A stretch of DNA of 64,000 nt from Emiliania huxleyi CCMP1516 (lineage: Eukaryota). The translations under genes were made by a program, and so were the position numbers. The notes beneath the pieces were generated by a model that was not told the DNA's origin, made no database searches, and saw only the letters and a program-made list of their open reading frames with translations. Below are positions 34,694 through 45,965 of this stretch, in pieces (the first letter of the stretch is position 1; every line of letters starts with the position of its first letter). The DNA is taken from NCBI RefSeq assembly GCF_000372725.1, contig NW_005201792.1, positions 499,440 through 563,439 of the forward strand. Reading direction: 5' to 3'.

Positions 34694-35734
34694 AATGCAA
34701 AAGGATCTCCACCCTCTTTTCGCGCCATTTTGCAATCTCCAGTCGGCCCACACGATCTCTAGGCGCCTTTGGCGCGAAGTCAGAATCTCCACCTCTGTCG
34801 CAAGATCTCAAGCGACTGCACGCACCAAACGCGAGATCTCAGACTCCTCTCGAGCATCTACACCGGAGAAGATTTGCCTCCACCAGTTCTTCAATCTACT
34901 GCAGCTCTTGGCAGGAGATTTGCCACTTAAGAGATCTCTAAAAGGCATCTACGATCTACAGTCCAAGGATCTTCCGATGTTGCGCAGAGATTTCCATGTA
35001 TGCCAGGGGGGGTTGGTGTAGCGCTCTTGGCGGTCGTCCTGTGTCGCCAGCAGTGCCGGTGCTATGGTCTTGCGGCCGAGTCGGAGGGTGAGTCGGGCAG
35101 GGGCGCGGCCGAGCGGCGGAAGGGACGCGCATGACGCAGCTCGCAGCGCCCGAGAGGGGGGCAGCGCTCAGGCACAAGAGAGACCGTCGCCGGGTATGCG
35201 CTCCGCGCCCATTTTGTACGCCCCCGAGGCACGCCTGGCCCGGGAGGGGGAGGGCGGAGGGGTGGTCAGAGGGACGCGGCAGGCCGGGGAGGGAGGGGAC
35301 GCGCGCGCCTTCGAGTACGCACTCGCGGTGACGGCCGGCTCGCAGGGGCCGCCAGCGCCGCTACGGAGCGCTGCCCGCCGGGAAGGTGCTTGGGAAGGGC
35401 GCTGGCGGTGATGTCGGTGCGGCGGGGTCTAACTCGGCGGCGAGAGGAGATGCCAAAAGGCGACTGTAGAGAGGCCGGAACATGTAGTGCGCCACGACGG
35501 CGGGAGAGCTCCCTCCCGTTGCCCCGCGGGCCGCCCCGAAGGGCCGTGCAGCCCACGCCCTCAGGCGCCGCTGTCGTCGGCGAGTGTCCTCGTCATGCGA
35601 GTGTCCTCGTCGGCGGCGTTTCGGTCCGCGGAAAACAAGCAGAGGCGGCGGCGCCGACTCCAGTGACTGCGGTCCGAGCAATGCGCCACGTGGGCCGGGC
35701 TCAATCGTTGGCAGCGGCAGAGAGCGAGTGCGCA

Positions 35735-35929
35735 CCAGTGTGGTGGCAACCCCTATGTGGTGCAAAAAGTGCGCCGGCCGGCGCAAAGTGCGCCGGCGGC
35801 GCAAAGTGCGCCGGCGGCGCAAGGTGCGCCGGCACCGGCGCAGCCGGCGCAGAAGTGCGCCGATTTCTGCGCCGAATCGGCGCACTCTGCGCCGCCGCAC
35901 CAAATAGGGGTTTTCACACCACATACTGG
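35735..35929. repeat. Small palindromic element enclosing ~18-bp GCGCAAAGTGCGCCGGCG tandem units
   Basis: AACCCCTATGTGGTGC (35748-35763) pairs with GCACCAAATAGGGGTT (35897-35912) with 1 mismatch; imperfect extension to CCAGT/ACTGG. Confidence 0.65.
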
Positions 35930-36050
35930 TTGCCCCTTCCTACCGTTGTTGTTGACTCTCTCTTGTTGTTTCGTCGGAGAGAGAAGGTATAGTTCATGAA
36001 GTTGCGAACAAAACCGAGTGCGCGTCGTGATTTCTTGTTGGTCTTTAAAA

Positions 36051-36625
36051 CTGCACGGTACGCGGGTCCGGCACTGATGCCGTGAACAGCTGAGGCACGA
36101 GCGTTTCCTCGCTCGCGCCCTTGGGGGGGGACAACTCCCCGCGCGCGGCCTTGTGCCACTGGCCGCCGACGGGTTTGGGGTCCGATGACATGGCGTCTCT
36201 TCACACTCGATCCGCCTGTCTGTTCACACCTTCTTTCTGCCCACTTCACAATGTGGCAGGGGTTCGTTAGCCCAGAAAAGAAGTTTAATAAAATACGCAC
36301 ACAAAAATGTTTTTACACCTCCACGACGCCAGTCCGCTTGTGGCATCACTCCGACACACGATTTTTCACTCCCCACAGCCGCCAACCCAGGATTGGCCGC
36401 TCGAACCGAAGACCGCCGCTCGACATATGATCGGCGGCTCACTTCGATGTCAGCCGCTCGACCTATGGTCGGCGGACCTGGGTTCGAATCTGAGGACCTG
36501 GGTTCGAATCGCCGTTGGCGGTTCATAGGGTAGATAAAAATCTTCTGGAGCGTTCCCAGACGTTATTCACAGGCGCGTGGGATGCGTCGGGTGTGCATGG
36601 ACATTCTTGTCCTGAGAACGAGCAG
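36051..36625 (-). repeat. 3' LTR
   Basis: Matches 40467-41041; ends CTGC...GCAG. Confidence 0.92.
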
Positions 36626-36789
36626 ATCACCCCCTCAGTGACTAGCCGATGCGCATCGCATCCTAGTCGCTGGACCTACACAGCTCGTCCCTAACCTGCA
36701 TGGGGTCGTCACGCTCTTACGGCACGGTGACGCAACCTCCGTCTGCTCACCACCTCTGTAGTGGGTGGGCGTCGTAGCCTTCTGTGGTG

Positions 36790-37539
36790 TCACGCCACAA
36801 CAAAGGCGCGGAGAGGGTGAAAGACAGCCGCGGCCAGCGGCTTCGTGAAGAGGTCAGCTATCTGCCCTTGCGTTCGGATGTGGATGAGCTTGACACGCTT
36901 CGTGTCTTTCACCTGCTCGCGTAGGAAGGCGATCTGCGTTGCAACGTGTCGCATACGCTTCGAGGAGGTGTTGCCCTCGCTAAGGAGCACGGCCGCCCTA
37001 TTGTCGCAGAAGAGCGGCATTGTGCATCCGAGGTCTGACTTGTTGCCCTTGTAGTCGGGTAGGTCCTCGGCCATGAACTTGATGGTGTCCGAGACCGCGA
37101 TGGCCGCTTGTGTGGCCTTGGTCGCAATGGCGTACTCGCCTTCGGACGATGAGGTGGGCGTGGACTTAAGGCGCCCAGCGTGTGCAGAGACAGGCCCATT
37201 GCACACAAAAATCACGTATCCCGCCTGAGGCTTTTCCCCGCCATGAGAGGTGTCCGAGAAGATGATCGGCACGAACCTGTCGTAGTCGAAGCTGGCTAAG
37301 TCGGCATGCTCTACGATGTGATCGGCGAGGTTGCCATCTGCCTCGCGGCGATAGGTGATCTTCTTGTCCCTTGTCTTGTCCAGGTAAGCGAGGACGCCAA
37401 GGGCAATGTTGAAATGGCGCTCCCCGCCCCCCTTTAGGAACTTTGAGAGCATCGAGTAGGCGTAGCCAATGTCTGGTCGGGAGATGTTGGCCAACCACCC
37501 TATCTTGCCAACAATTTCGGCGTATCGTGGGTGCATCAT
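36790..37539 (-). CDS. Copia reverse-transcriptase C-terminal remnant plus RNase H
   Basis: YAEIVGKIGWLANISRPDIGYAYSMLSKF, FSDTSHG, TSSSEGEY, LFCDNRAAV, SKRMRHV and IRTQGQIADLFTKPL (the copia D.FTKPL end). Confidence 0.88.
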   Translation of the reverse strand: MMHPRYAEIVGKIGWLANISRPDIGYAYSMLSKFLKGGGERHFNIALGVLAYLDKTRDKKITYRREADGNLADHIVEHADLASFDYDRFVPIIFSDTSHGGEKPQAGYVIFVCNGPVSAHAGRLKSTPTSSSEGEYAIATKATQAAIAVSDTIKFMAEDLPDYKGNKSDLGCTMPLFCDNRAAVLLSEGNTSSKRMRHVATQIAFLREQVKDTKRVKLIHIRTQGQIADLFTKPLAAAVFHPLRAFVVA

Positions 37540-40500
37540 TTCTCCCTCTTCGAGGTGGGTGAGATTGGTGATGTCGTCGTTGCACGGTACGGCGCGCTTA
37601 CTAGGGCGCGGCGCATGCCCTCGAGAATGAGAGCCGCAATCTCATCGATTTGCGACACATAGCCGCTCGATGTCTCACCAGGGCGCGACCTTTCGCTCTC
37701 CCTGGGGCCATCGGGTAGACGCGGCCGCCCAATTTTCTCATCATCGTACTCCTCGCCCTCGGATATGTTCGTCATGTAAACGGGGACACACTTGGTCGAA
37801 CGGATCTCGAGGGGGGGACCCTTTTCTCCGAGTGGCGTTTTCGATTTAGGAGCACTTCTAAGGCTTGTGGTATTGTCTCGGAGGTTCCAGGGTGAAGATC
37901 TGCGGCTTAGGCGGCCGCCATCGTGCCCCTCGCTTTCGATTGAAAGCGTCATGAGGATAGGGATTGACTCCGTGGCCTTGTGCCCGAGTGACGGTCCCTC
38001 CTCTGCCGGGTCAGGGCATGACTTTTTCACGCCTTGGGGGAACATTCGGATATGAAATCCATTTCCGCCCCTATTGGGGCCCTCGGCGCTATCCTCCTCC
38101 CTGGCAAACCGCCCTGTGGCGGTATTGCACACTGGGATCGACAGGGCGTCTCCAACCTCTTCCACATGTAACCCCCGACTAAGCGGGGCCATGACACTCA
38201 TGCGGGCGGGGCCGGCGGGGCCAAGACATTCATGCATGCGGGGTCTCCGCCCCTCCTCTCCGCCCCGCCCGCCGCCAACCTCCATGGGGGAGGGTCCGCC
38301 ACCCCCGCCCGCGGTCTCCATCTCACGCGATGGGCCTGTGGGAGGTGGCAGGGAGTTTGAAGGTGCGGCAGGGCAGATCCGTGTGTGCTGTGGGTGCGGG
38401 GCGGGTGCGTACATGATGGGGCGCGTGAGGATGAGCCCCTCGCCGTCCTCGTACGCCACAATGCGCTCGACGAGGTCTTCCACGGCGAAGCCGAAGAGGC
38501 GGTGGAAGTAGAGGATGCCAATGGCCCCGCGCGCCGACCGGTGCGTGAGGGCCGGCATTGCCGGGGTCGGCCGGGTCTCGTTGGCGGGCTTGGAGAGCGA
38601 GGTCACGTAGGTGTACCCCAGCTGGGTGATGACGCCCATCAACGTCAGCGCAACCTGCCAAAGCACAGCGCACACGGGGTTGTCGCCCCGGCCGCCCGAG
38701 GCCATGAAGGCCTTGGTTCCCTCGGTGGTGATGAGCATCTCGAGTGCCTCGAGTGCGTCCTGCACCCCGATCTTGATCTCCTTGTTCTTGGGCGCAATCG
38801 CCGCGTACGTCTTGAGGCACGCGCGGACCGAGCGCCCAACGAGCGCGCGCGCATCGCCCTCGGAGAGCGCGCGCTCGAGGTCAATGGCGAACTTGGCGGG
38901 CGGCTCGTTCGCGGCGAAGATCACTCCGTCCCGCAGGTGGGGAGGCGGGGTGCCAGGCTCAACCTCCACCTTGGCAAAGGCCTGCCGGATCGGCGGGTGC
39001 TTGGCCACGAGGCCAGACGCGACCATCACGAAGTCGTGGTCGCCCTGGTCGTGGTACATCCCGAGGGCCTCGTTGGTGAGGACGCGATACGCCTGCTTGA
39101 CCTGGATGTGTGCCGCGACGGGCTGCGGCTCGCCCCCGCTTGGGATGCCCTCGTCCTCGGGCATCTCCTCGGCCGAAGCCTCCCCCTCGTCGGTGGGGGG
39201 CTCGCCGAAGGCGTTGGTGGGCGACGGGCTCGGCGGCAGCGACCCCGACATGGGCGTGGTGCCGTAGTCATCATAGGTGTTGTGCGAGCTTTGCGAGCCG
39301 TTGTGCAGCCCGGAGGTGGCCTGGGAGGCGAAGGACGCAATCGACGGCGGGCGCGGCGTGTTGAGGCGGTTGCCGCCGGCGAAATGCGAGGCGTCGTTCA
39401 CGTTGGCGGTGACGGGCGAGAAGGGCGGCGAGAGCATCATCGAGGGCTTGAGTGTAAGCGAATGCTTCGGCGATGATAGTCCCCCATGGAAAAGAAATCC
39501 ATCGGGCGGTTCGTCAAAGGTGATCTCGCCAAGGCGCGTCGGGTGAGGCGAGTCCGTGCGGCCACCCATGAATGCGCTGCCGTACCGGGCGGCCTTGGCC
39601 GGCGGCGGCGAGATGGCGCATGCGCTGAGCGTCTGCTCGTCAAAGAACTCTTGGACCCCCTCGATGGAGGCAAACCACTCATCGAGCAGGTCCTTCGCCA
39701 CCGCGAATTGAAACTGGGGCACGTTCGGGACCAATGGCTGCATCGCCTTGGTAAGGAAGAGGTTCGCACCCGCCTTCGTCCTCACTTCCGACCAGAGCAT
39801 CGTCTTCGAGAGGTCTTCCGGGTCGATGGTTTTCGCGTTGAAGACGTCGACGATTGCCTCGGCGTTGATCACGAGGTCGCCGAAAAGGTAGTGGGGTCGG
39901 ACACCGAGCGGGCCAGACATGAGGGTGAGCACGATGTTATCCATCGCGCAGTGGGTCAGCTCGAGCGTCGCATCGTCGAGCATGATCCCGGACTCCACCC
40001 ACATGTTGGGCGCGTAGTAGGCGTACTCTTCGATGGCGCGGCCCACCAGGTCGAGGGCCTCCCGCACAGTGAAGACGTCGCAGGAGCGCTTCTCTGCCCT
40101 GATGATCCTAGTCATCGCCAGCAGGTAGTGCGAGAGGTAGTCAAACAGCGCCGACTTGCATGTTTCGAACCCTCGGCAGGACCCGGACTCGGGTGCGCAC
40201 TCGCATGGGCAGTAAAATCGGAAGGCCGTCCACGTCGACTCAATCGCGGCGACCGCCGCCATCGCATCCTCCTTGACGATCGGGCAGAAGTGGTCCAGGC
40301 GTTCGCGAATGGTGCTCGAGCCGAGCGGGATGGTGAGAGTATTGCGCCTCTCCGGCCCGTCCCCGAGAATGGTCCAGTCCCGGGGTGCAAGTTGCTCCTC
40401 TTGGAAGAAGCAGTGCGGCGCGCCGGGCTGTGCGCGCTTGTTGCTGTCAGGCCCGCCGCTACCAATCTGCACGGTACGCGGGTCCGGCACTGATGCCGTG

Positions 40501-40607
40501 AACAGCTGAGGCACGAGCGTTTCCTCGCTCGCGCCCTTGGGGGGGGACAACTCCCCGCGCGCGGCCTTGTGCCACTGGCCGCCGACGGGTTTGGGGTCCG
40601 ATGACAT
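37536..40607 (-). CDS. 1023-codon ORF at the gag position of the LTR element, no recognisable domain
   Basis: Uninterrupted ORF starting inside the 5' LTR and reading through the PBS. No CCHC knuckle, protease, integrase or YVDD motif seen. Confidence 0.6.
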   Translation of the reverse strand: MSSDPKPVGGQWHKAARGELSPPKGASEETLVPQLFTASVPDPRTVQIGSGGPDSNKRAQPGAPHCFFQEEQLAPRDWTILGDGPERRNTLTIPLGSSTIRERLDHFCPIVKEDAMAAVAAIESTWTAFRFYCPCECAPESGSCRGFETCKSALFDYLSHYLLAMTRIIRAEKRSCDVFTVREALDLVGRAIEEYAYYAPNMWVESGIMLDDATLELTHCAMDNIVLTLMSGPLGVRPHYLFGDLVINAEAIVDVFNAKTIDPEDLSKTMLWSEVRTKAGANLFLTKAMQPLVPNVPQFQFAVAKDLLDEWFASIEGVQEFFDEQTLSACAISPPPAKAARYGSAFMGGRTDSPHPTRLGEITFDEPPDGFLFHGGLSSPKHSLTLKPSMMLSPPFSPVTANVNDASHFAGGNRLNTPRPPSIASFASQATSGLHNGSQSSHNTYDDYGTTPMSGSLPPSPSPTNAFGEPPTDEGEASAEEMPEDEGIPSGGEPQPVAAHIQVKQAYRVLTNEALGMYHDQGDHDFVMVASGLVAKHPPIRQAFAKVEVEPGTPPPHLRDGVIFAANEPPAKFAIDLERALSEGDARALVGRSVRACLKTYAAIAPKNKEIKIGVQDALEALEMLITTEGTKAFMASGGRGDNPVCAVLWQVALTLMGVITQLGYTYVTSLSKPANETRPTPAMPALTHRSARGAIGILYFHRLFGFAVEDLVERIVAYEDGEGLILTRPIMYAPAPHPQHTRICPAAPSNSLPPPTGPSREMETAGGGGGPSPMEVGGGRGGEEGRRPRMHECLGPAGPARMSVMAPLSRGLHVEEVGDALSIPVCNTATGRFAREEDSAEGPNRGGNGFHIRMFPQGVKKSCPDPAEEGPSLGHKATESIPILMTLSIESEGHDGGRLSRRSSPWNLRDNTTSLRSAPKSKTPLGEKGPPLEIRSTKCVPVYMTNISEGEEYDDEKIGRPRLPDGPRESERSRPGETSSGYVSQIDEIAALILEGMRRALVSAPYRATTTSPISPTSKREK

Positions 40608-41041
40608 GGCGTCTCTTCACACTCGATCCGCCTGTCTGTTCACACCTTCTTTCTGCCCACTTCACAATGTGGCAGGGGTTCGTTAGCCCAGAAAAGAAGT
40701 TTAATAAAATACGCACACAAAAATGTTTTTACACCTCCACGACGCCAGTCCGCTTGTGGCATCACTCCGACACACGATTTTTCACTCCCCACAGCCGCCA
40801 ACCCAGGATTGGCCGCTCGAACCGAAGACCGCCGCTCGACATATGATCGGCGGCTCACTTCGATGTCAGCCGCTCGACCTATGGTCGGCGGACCTGGGTT
40901 CGAATCTGAGGACCTGGGTTCGAATCGCCGTTGGCGGTTCATAGGGTAGATAAAAATCTTCTGGAGCGTTCCCAGACGTTATTCACAGGCGCGTGGGATG
41001 CGTCGGGTGTGCATGGACATTCTTGTCCTGAGAACGAGCAG
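40467..41041 (-). repeat. 5' LTR
   Basis: Matches 36051-36625; followed on the minus strand by the PBS. Confidence 0.92.
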
Positions 41042-41054
41042 TAAAAATCTCTCT

Positions 41055-42559
41055 CAAAACCGATAATGTCAAGCTCAAGGTCAAGAATTAAGCCCGATCG
41101 CAGTGCCGAGGAGAGCGCAGGCGAAGAGCCCAGCCAATCAATACAGTGGCGCCCGTGCGAGACCGCAACAGGCCCGGACCGGCGTCCTCTGGTCAGCATC
41201 TCGTCTCGACTTGGCCGGACTTTGGGTGCCTCGTCGGCTTTGCGAGCGCTCTCGGCTTCCGTCCCATTCCCGTCATTTCTGTCTTTTTTTGGATTTAAAA
41301 AAGAAAAATCGCGACTTCCTTGAGAGCGGCGGCGACCCACCTCGGCTGCCTTGAGCCGCGAACAACTTGAGCCGCGAACAATGGCCTCGAAGTTCCTCGA
41401 CGGGCTGCTGCACGGGCCGTCCGCGCGGACGGCAGAATACGTCGACACCGCTTCCACCCTACAGACTCCTCTGGACGAGGAGCGGGCAATAAGCACGGTG
41501 CAGACGGCGGCGCTGGGAGATCAGCAGCTCGGCGGCGATAAATTGCCTTGGAGCACAGAAACCCTCGCGCAGTACGAGTTCGAGCACTTTTTCGACTTTG
41601 AGGTCAGCAAGGCTGTCTTTTTCCTCAGTGTGGTTGCCGTGGCCATCGTGCGGGCCACCTTCACTCCCTTCGGGCGTGTCACGAGCGCTGGCCGGGAGTG
41701 GCTCGACCGCGCGACGTTTGCGCTGCGGTGGGTGGCGAGCGCGGATTCGCTGCAGCAGCTTGGTGGGCCGCCTGCCGTCGCGCCAGCCGAGGACTCATGC
41801 CAACGGCGAAAAGTCGTCTCAGGCCGCTTCACGCGGTCCTCTTACGAGAGATACTGCCACGCGAATGCATTGAGTCCTGATGCACTCTGCTGGTCGGCGC
41901 TGCCCATCTAGCGGGCCATGTTTGTATTTATTTAGCGAGGGCTCAAAGTACACGGCGACTCGCAAAACAGGAGTGCCCAGCAACGCGAACAGGAACGTGG
42001 TCGTGGAGAGGGCGAGAGAGACGTCAGACGACACCGCCACTAAAGACTAGTTGCAAATACGCGGGATATACGGGTGCTGTGTCACAATGACCACTTTTGA
42101 TGTTCTTTTGTCCGTGTTGCTCCCAGCGCTCTCGCCCGCGCTCCCTGAGGCCATGGCTGGTGCTACTCTAGTATGGGGGGCTTCCCATGGCTACCGCGAG
42201 AGCGACCCAACTCGTCGACATCGTCCGATGATGGTGCCGCAAAGTCAGCCTTCGGAGGCTATCGTGGGGTCGAGCCGGCAGTAGCCGTGACATGTGGTTC
42301 CACCACCCCTCGTAGGCTTTGCCTCTGACCGCCACCGTTCCCAGGCTGCCTAATGGGATGGAAAGGACTTCACGACTAGGGATAAGGGAAAGGAAGGCTC
42401 GGCGAGCGTATATAGAAGCGTTCTCGACCTCGTCGTGGCAGCCTGCACGGCAGCGCTGGCAGGCGCGATGAGCGTCGTGCCACCTGACCCGAGACGGGTC
42501 GCAGGCGTCGTACCGAGCGCGTCGAGACCGTGTCCTGATGCGCTCTGCACGGGTGAGTC
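41055..42559 (+). repeat. Second copy of the 1.5-kb duplicated segment
   Basis: Matches 31887-33393. Confidence 0.92.
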
Positions 42560-43807
42560 ACGTCGGCGTCAAAGAGGACGCGACGTGTGACCTGTCAGAG
42601 CTTGATCTCCGACCTCAGCGACGTCGAGTCGCCTTCGGTGGCGACAGCTAGGATGCATCTCCTCCTTCGTTTTTCGCGCTATGGCCCTGGGAAGCTGGCG
42701 GCGCACGCAGGCGGACCTTGTGTGTGCCCGGAACGCTTAAAAAGTGGGTGCTCTATGTCACTTTTTTTGAGTAGATAGGTGCCGAGCTGACCGTGACAGC
42801 GTTTTTGGTAGTTTTTGGCGGGTTTTCCCGGTCAGACTTTTTGCAACTAGTCTTAAGCGCCGTAAAAAAACGGCCGGAGCACCACCCCACCGCACACTGA
42901 GAGTAGTCAGCAGAGAGAGGTACACAGCAAGGTGCATGTACATGTACATGTCACATTCACAGCACACACGCACAAAAGCAGTACGCACAAGCCGCCTCAC
43001 CCTCTCCTCCGGCCGAGGCCATGCCGACACATTGGATTGGCATTCCCCGCCCCCAACGCCCTGGGCCGATGGCCGAATGCGCGAGCTGTGCTAAGAAAAC
43101 AAGAGAGATCGCCCCCGGGTGTGCCTCGCGTCTGGGCCCGGCTCGTCGAGCAGAGTGCCCGAGCCCGGCTCGTCCGCCAATACGTCCGACTCGCCAAAGT
43201 CGCCCGCGCCTGGCCACATGGCGGCCGCGAGGGAGGCGCTGCGCGTGCGGATCGCCAGAGGCCAATCAGTCTCGTCGAGCAGCTGGGAGCCGTCTGATCG
43301 GCCAGGGTCTGCGGCGGTGCCGGGAATAAGGCTGCGCTGGACGTAACACGCTCGGCAGCTCGGCGGCGGGCGCATTTTCCAAGGCGGCGGCGGGCACTCG
43401 GAGCAGGCAGGCCCGCTAGGCCGGTCGCGTAAATGATTTGGTGGCGAGGCCTGAGCTCTGCGCGGGCAGTTATCGGTGCCGTCGCCACAGCGCCAGTCGA
43501 TGGTGGGATCGCCGACTTGCGCCGCGGCGCCGACAACGAGCGCTGCGAGGCACGCCATGTGTCAATGCCCGGATAGATCGTCCTTCCCCCCACGATTGTT
43601 TCGGTGAATGAAATGGCGCACCTCCTTGAAATAGGGCGTGCTTTGATGGCGCTTAGGTCGAGATCGGCCGAGACGCGCGGAAACAGCACTGGGCGCTCCG
43701 AGGCCCGCCAGCAGTCTGCGGAGTCGTCAGACTACTAACTACTAACTAGGGAAGGAGGAGAAACAAACGGTTTGAACTCCCCCCCCCCCTCTCTCTCAGA
43801 GAGAGGG

Positions 43808-43843
43808 AGACACACACACACACACACACAACAACAACAACAA

Positions 43844-43879
<36 letters not shown>

Positions 43880-43881
43880 AG

Positions 43882-43956
<75 letters not shown>
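43808..43956. repeat. Compound (CA)n/(CAA)n/(GA)n microsatellite
   Basis: Directly visible. Confidence 0.97.
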
Positions 43957-43957
<1 letters not shown>

Positions 43958-45000
43958 CCAGAGAGCAAACCCCGGCACTCTCTCATTCTCTCTTCACGCA
44001 AAACACATTCTCTCCGTTCACCCAATCAAACTCTGGGCCGGCGCGGGGGGCCCAGAGGGTGTCCATGCGGGGGGGAGATGGGGTCCCATGGCCCGCCGCA
44101 GGCGCCGATTTTTGGGCGATTTTTTCTTTTTCTAGATTTTTTACTTGTTTTCATGGGAATTCGGCGAACTTGCGGCCATGCTATCACGCCTTGCGACATC
44201 CTTTCGGCGCTGCTGACCGTGCCATGCTGCACAATTGATCACCTGCATAGCTCGCGGCCTTAGTATCAAGCATTCCGTTACGACCTGATCGTACGGCCAG
44301 TAGGAAGGTGTCCTTCCATCGTGTGCACGCTTCTGGCGCAATGCGCGTCGCCTTGGACGTGGCTGCTGGCACTCTCGAGGCTATGCCTACACAGCCTCGC
44401 GCGCGCATGGGCAGTCAAGAGGGACCATGCACCTTCTCACGACAGCGCCGGTGCCTCTCTCTTGGACCGGCCAACTTGGTGGTCTAGTGTCACCAATGTG
44501 GGACCAGTGCGGCATCGCGCCATCGACAGCTCTGAACTGCGCCTCACCACTGACCGGGAGAAGGCCGCCAAGTGGGCCAGCACAGGTCGCACATTGTGGC
44601 AGCAGTCAGCAGTGCATGTCTGATAGCTAGAGCAGCGGCGTCAGGGTCGCAGGGTCGAATCGTGTCAAGCCTCTTGCCCGGCCGGCCGCGTGCAGACGTC
44701 GGCCTGTCTGCTGTCTGGAGTGATCTGTCGGCGGTCAGTACGACCGATCAGGTCGGAGTTTTCTGATGATTGGAGGGTCTATCTGTATGTACTCCTCGAG
44801 ATCTCTCCAAATCTGCCCTCTACTTAACCGTACTTAATCGGGAAGTCGGTGCTAATAGAGACTAATAGAGCCGGAGCCCCGTTTCCGCACTGCGGCGCGG
44901 CGCACGGTGCCTCCGGGGGCCCCCGCGCCCCCCCAGAGCAATCATACAAAACAAATCTGCCAATCAATAGCAAACAAACAAATAACGGCTTGGTGGGCAA

Positions 45001-45250
45001 AGAAAGAATTTTACAAGAAAGCTCCGTCGCACGACACTGGGCACGGGACTGGCAGGCGCGCACTGGCACTAACACAGGTACAGGTACCGACTACGCTCTA
45101 CGGGAGCCGAGAAAGAAAGAACGAGAAACAGACAACCCAAGGGAGGGCTGGGAGGACGGAAAAACAGGGATTTTAAGGAGAAGAGTGTGGTGCTAGCCGT
45201 CGCCCACTCTTGGGCGTCTGCCTCTTCCTATCTCTCTCTCTCCGTGCAGT
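45001..45250 (+). repeat. Copy of a ~250-bp dispersed repeat family; inverted copy at ~50120-50352
   Basis: Shared blocks AAGAAT.TTACAAGAA..CTCC.TCGCACGACACT.GGCACGG, AAACAGACAACC.AAGGGAGGG.TGGGAGGACGG and CAGGGATTTTAAGGAGA..GTGTGGTGC...CCGTCGCCCAC...GTCTGCCTCTTCCTATCTCTC. Confidence 0.8.
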
Positions 45251-45965
45251 CTCAAGGCAGTCTCTCTCGCTCGGCTTCTTTGATTCTCTCGGCGCGGCGA
45301 GGGTCCTGATGCCTATGGGCTTCAGATCTCTCAGTTAGGCGAGTGGGTCTGCGACGCTTGCCTGGAGGGCTTCTTGGGGGGTGGCTTCGGCGACTACTCG
45401 GAGCTGCGCAGCGGCAACGTTGCGCCGTATTCGAGTAACCCCTGGATAGGTCGCTCGCGCGACCTCTCCTGGATGCGCAAGGGGCCCATAGGGGTCACGC
45501 GAAGGGAGGCGCTGTTAGCGGCGGGGGAGGCGGAGGCGGCCGCGCGGGCGGCGGAGAAGGCGGCGCGGGCGGCGGGGGGGGGGGGGGAGGGCGGCGGCCG
45601 CGGGCGGCAGTCCCGCGAGGCACGCCGGCGGAAGGGTTCGTCTTCCCGGGGCGGGGTGCGCACTGCGCGCCGCGAGGATGTAGGATGAGGAGCCTGAGCC
45701 AGGGGAGGGTTGGGAAGGGGGGGCGAGGCCGGAGGTGTGAAGGCCTCTTCGACGGCCCATAAGGGGCCGTTGTCTGCTGTGCCTTTTGTGGTGCTAGTTC
45801 GTGCCAGTCTGCTGTGAGAGGGGCTTGTATTCGTAGAATTCTCACCAGCACTCCCCATTTGACCGGACGCGTCGGATCGGACACACAAGCAAGCCCAAGC
45901 CCACAGCCCACAGCCCCGCGACAGCGCGCCGCTTTGTGCTTGTGCCAACGCCCTCCGTCCCAGAG

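Larger units (their letters stand above)
36051..41041 (-). mobile_element. Ty1/copia-type LTR retrotransposon, internally deleted (non-autonomous), 4991 bp
   Basis: 575-bp direct repeats 36051-36625 and 40467-41041 with no differences spotted. 5-bp TSD TAAAA (36046-36050, 41042-41046). PBS TGGTAGCGGCGGG 2 nt inside the 5' LTR (minus strand, from 40464). PPT-like GAGGGGGTGAT next to the 3' LTR. Copia-type RNase H ORF present. Confidence 0.92.

Noticed and set aside
36470..36520. Possible tRNA gene (GGTTCGAATC)
   Set aside because: No cloverleaf, acceptor stem or A-box/D-arm could be built; kept only as an LTR motif.
44031..44940. Possible TIR element bounded by CTCTGGG...GGGGCCC inverted motifs
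   Set aside because: The match is short, GC-rich and imperfect, and no TSD was found.
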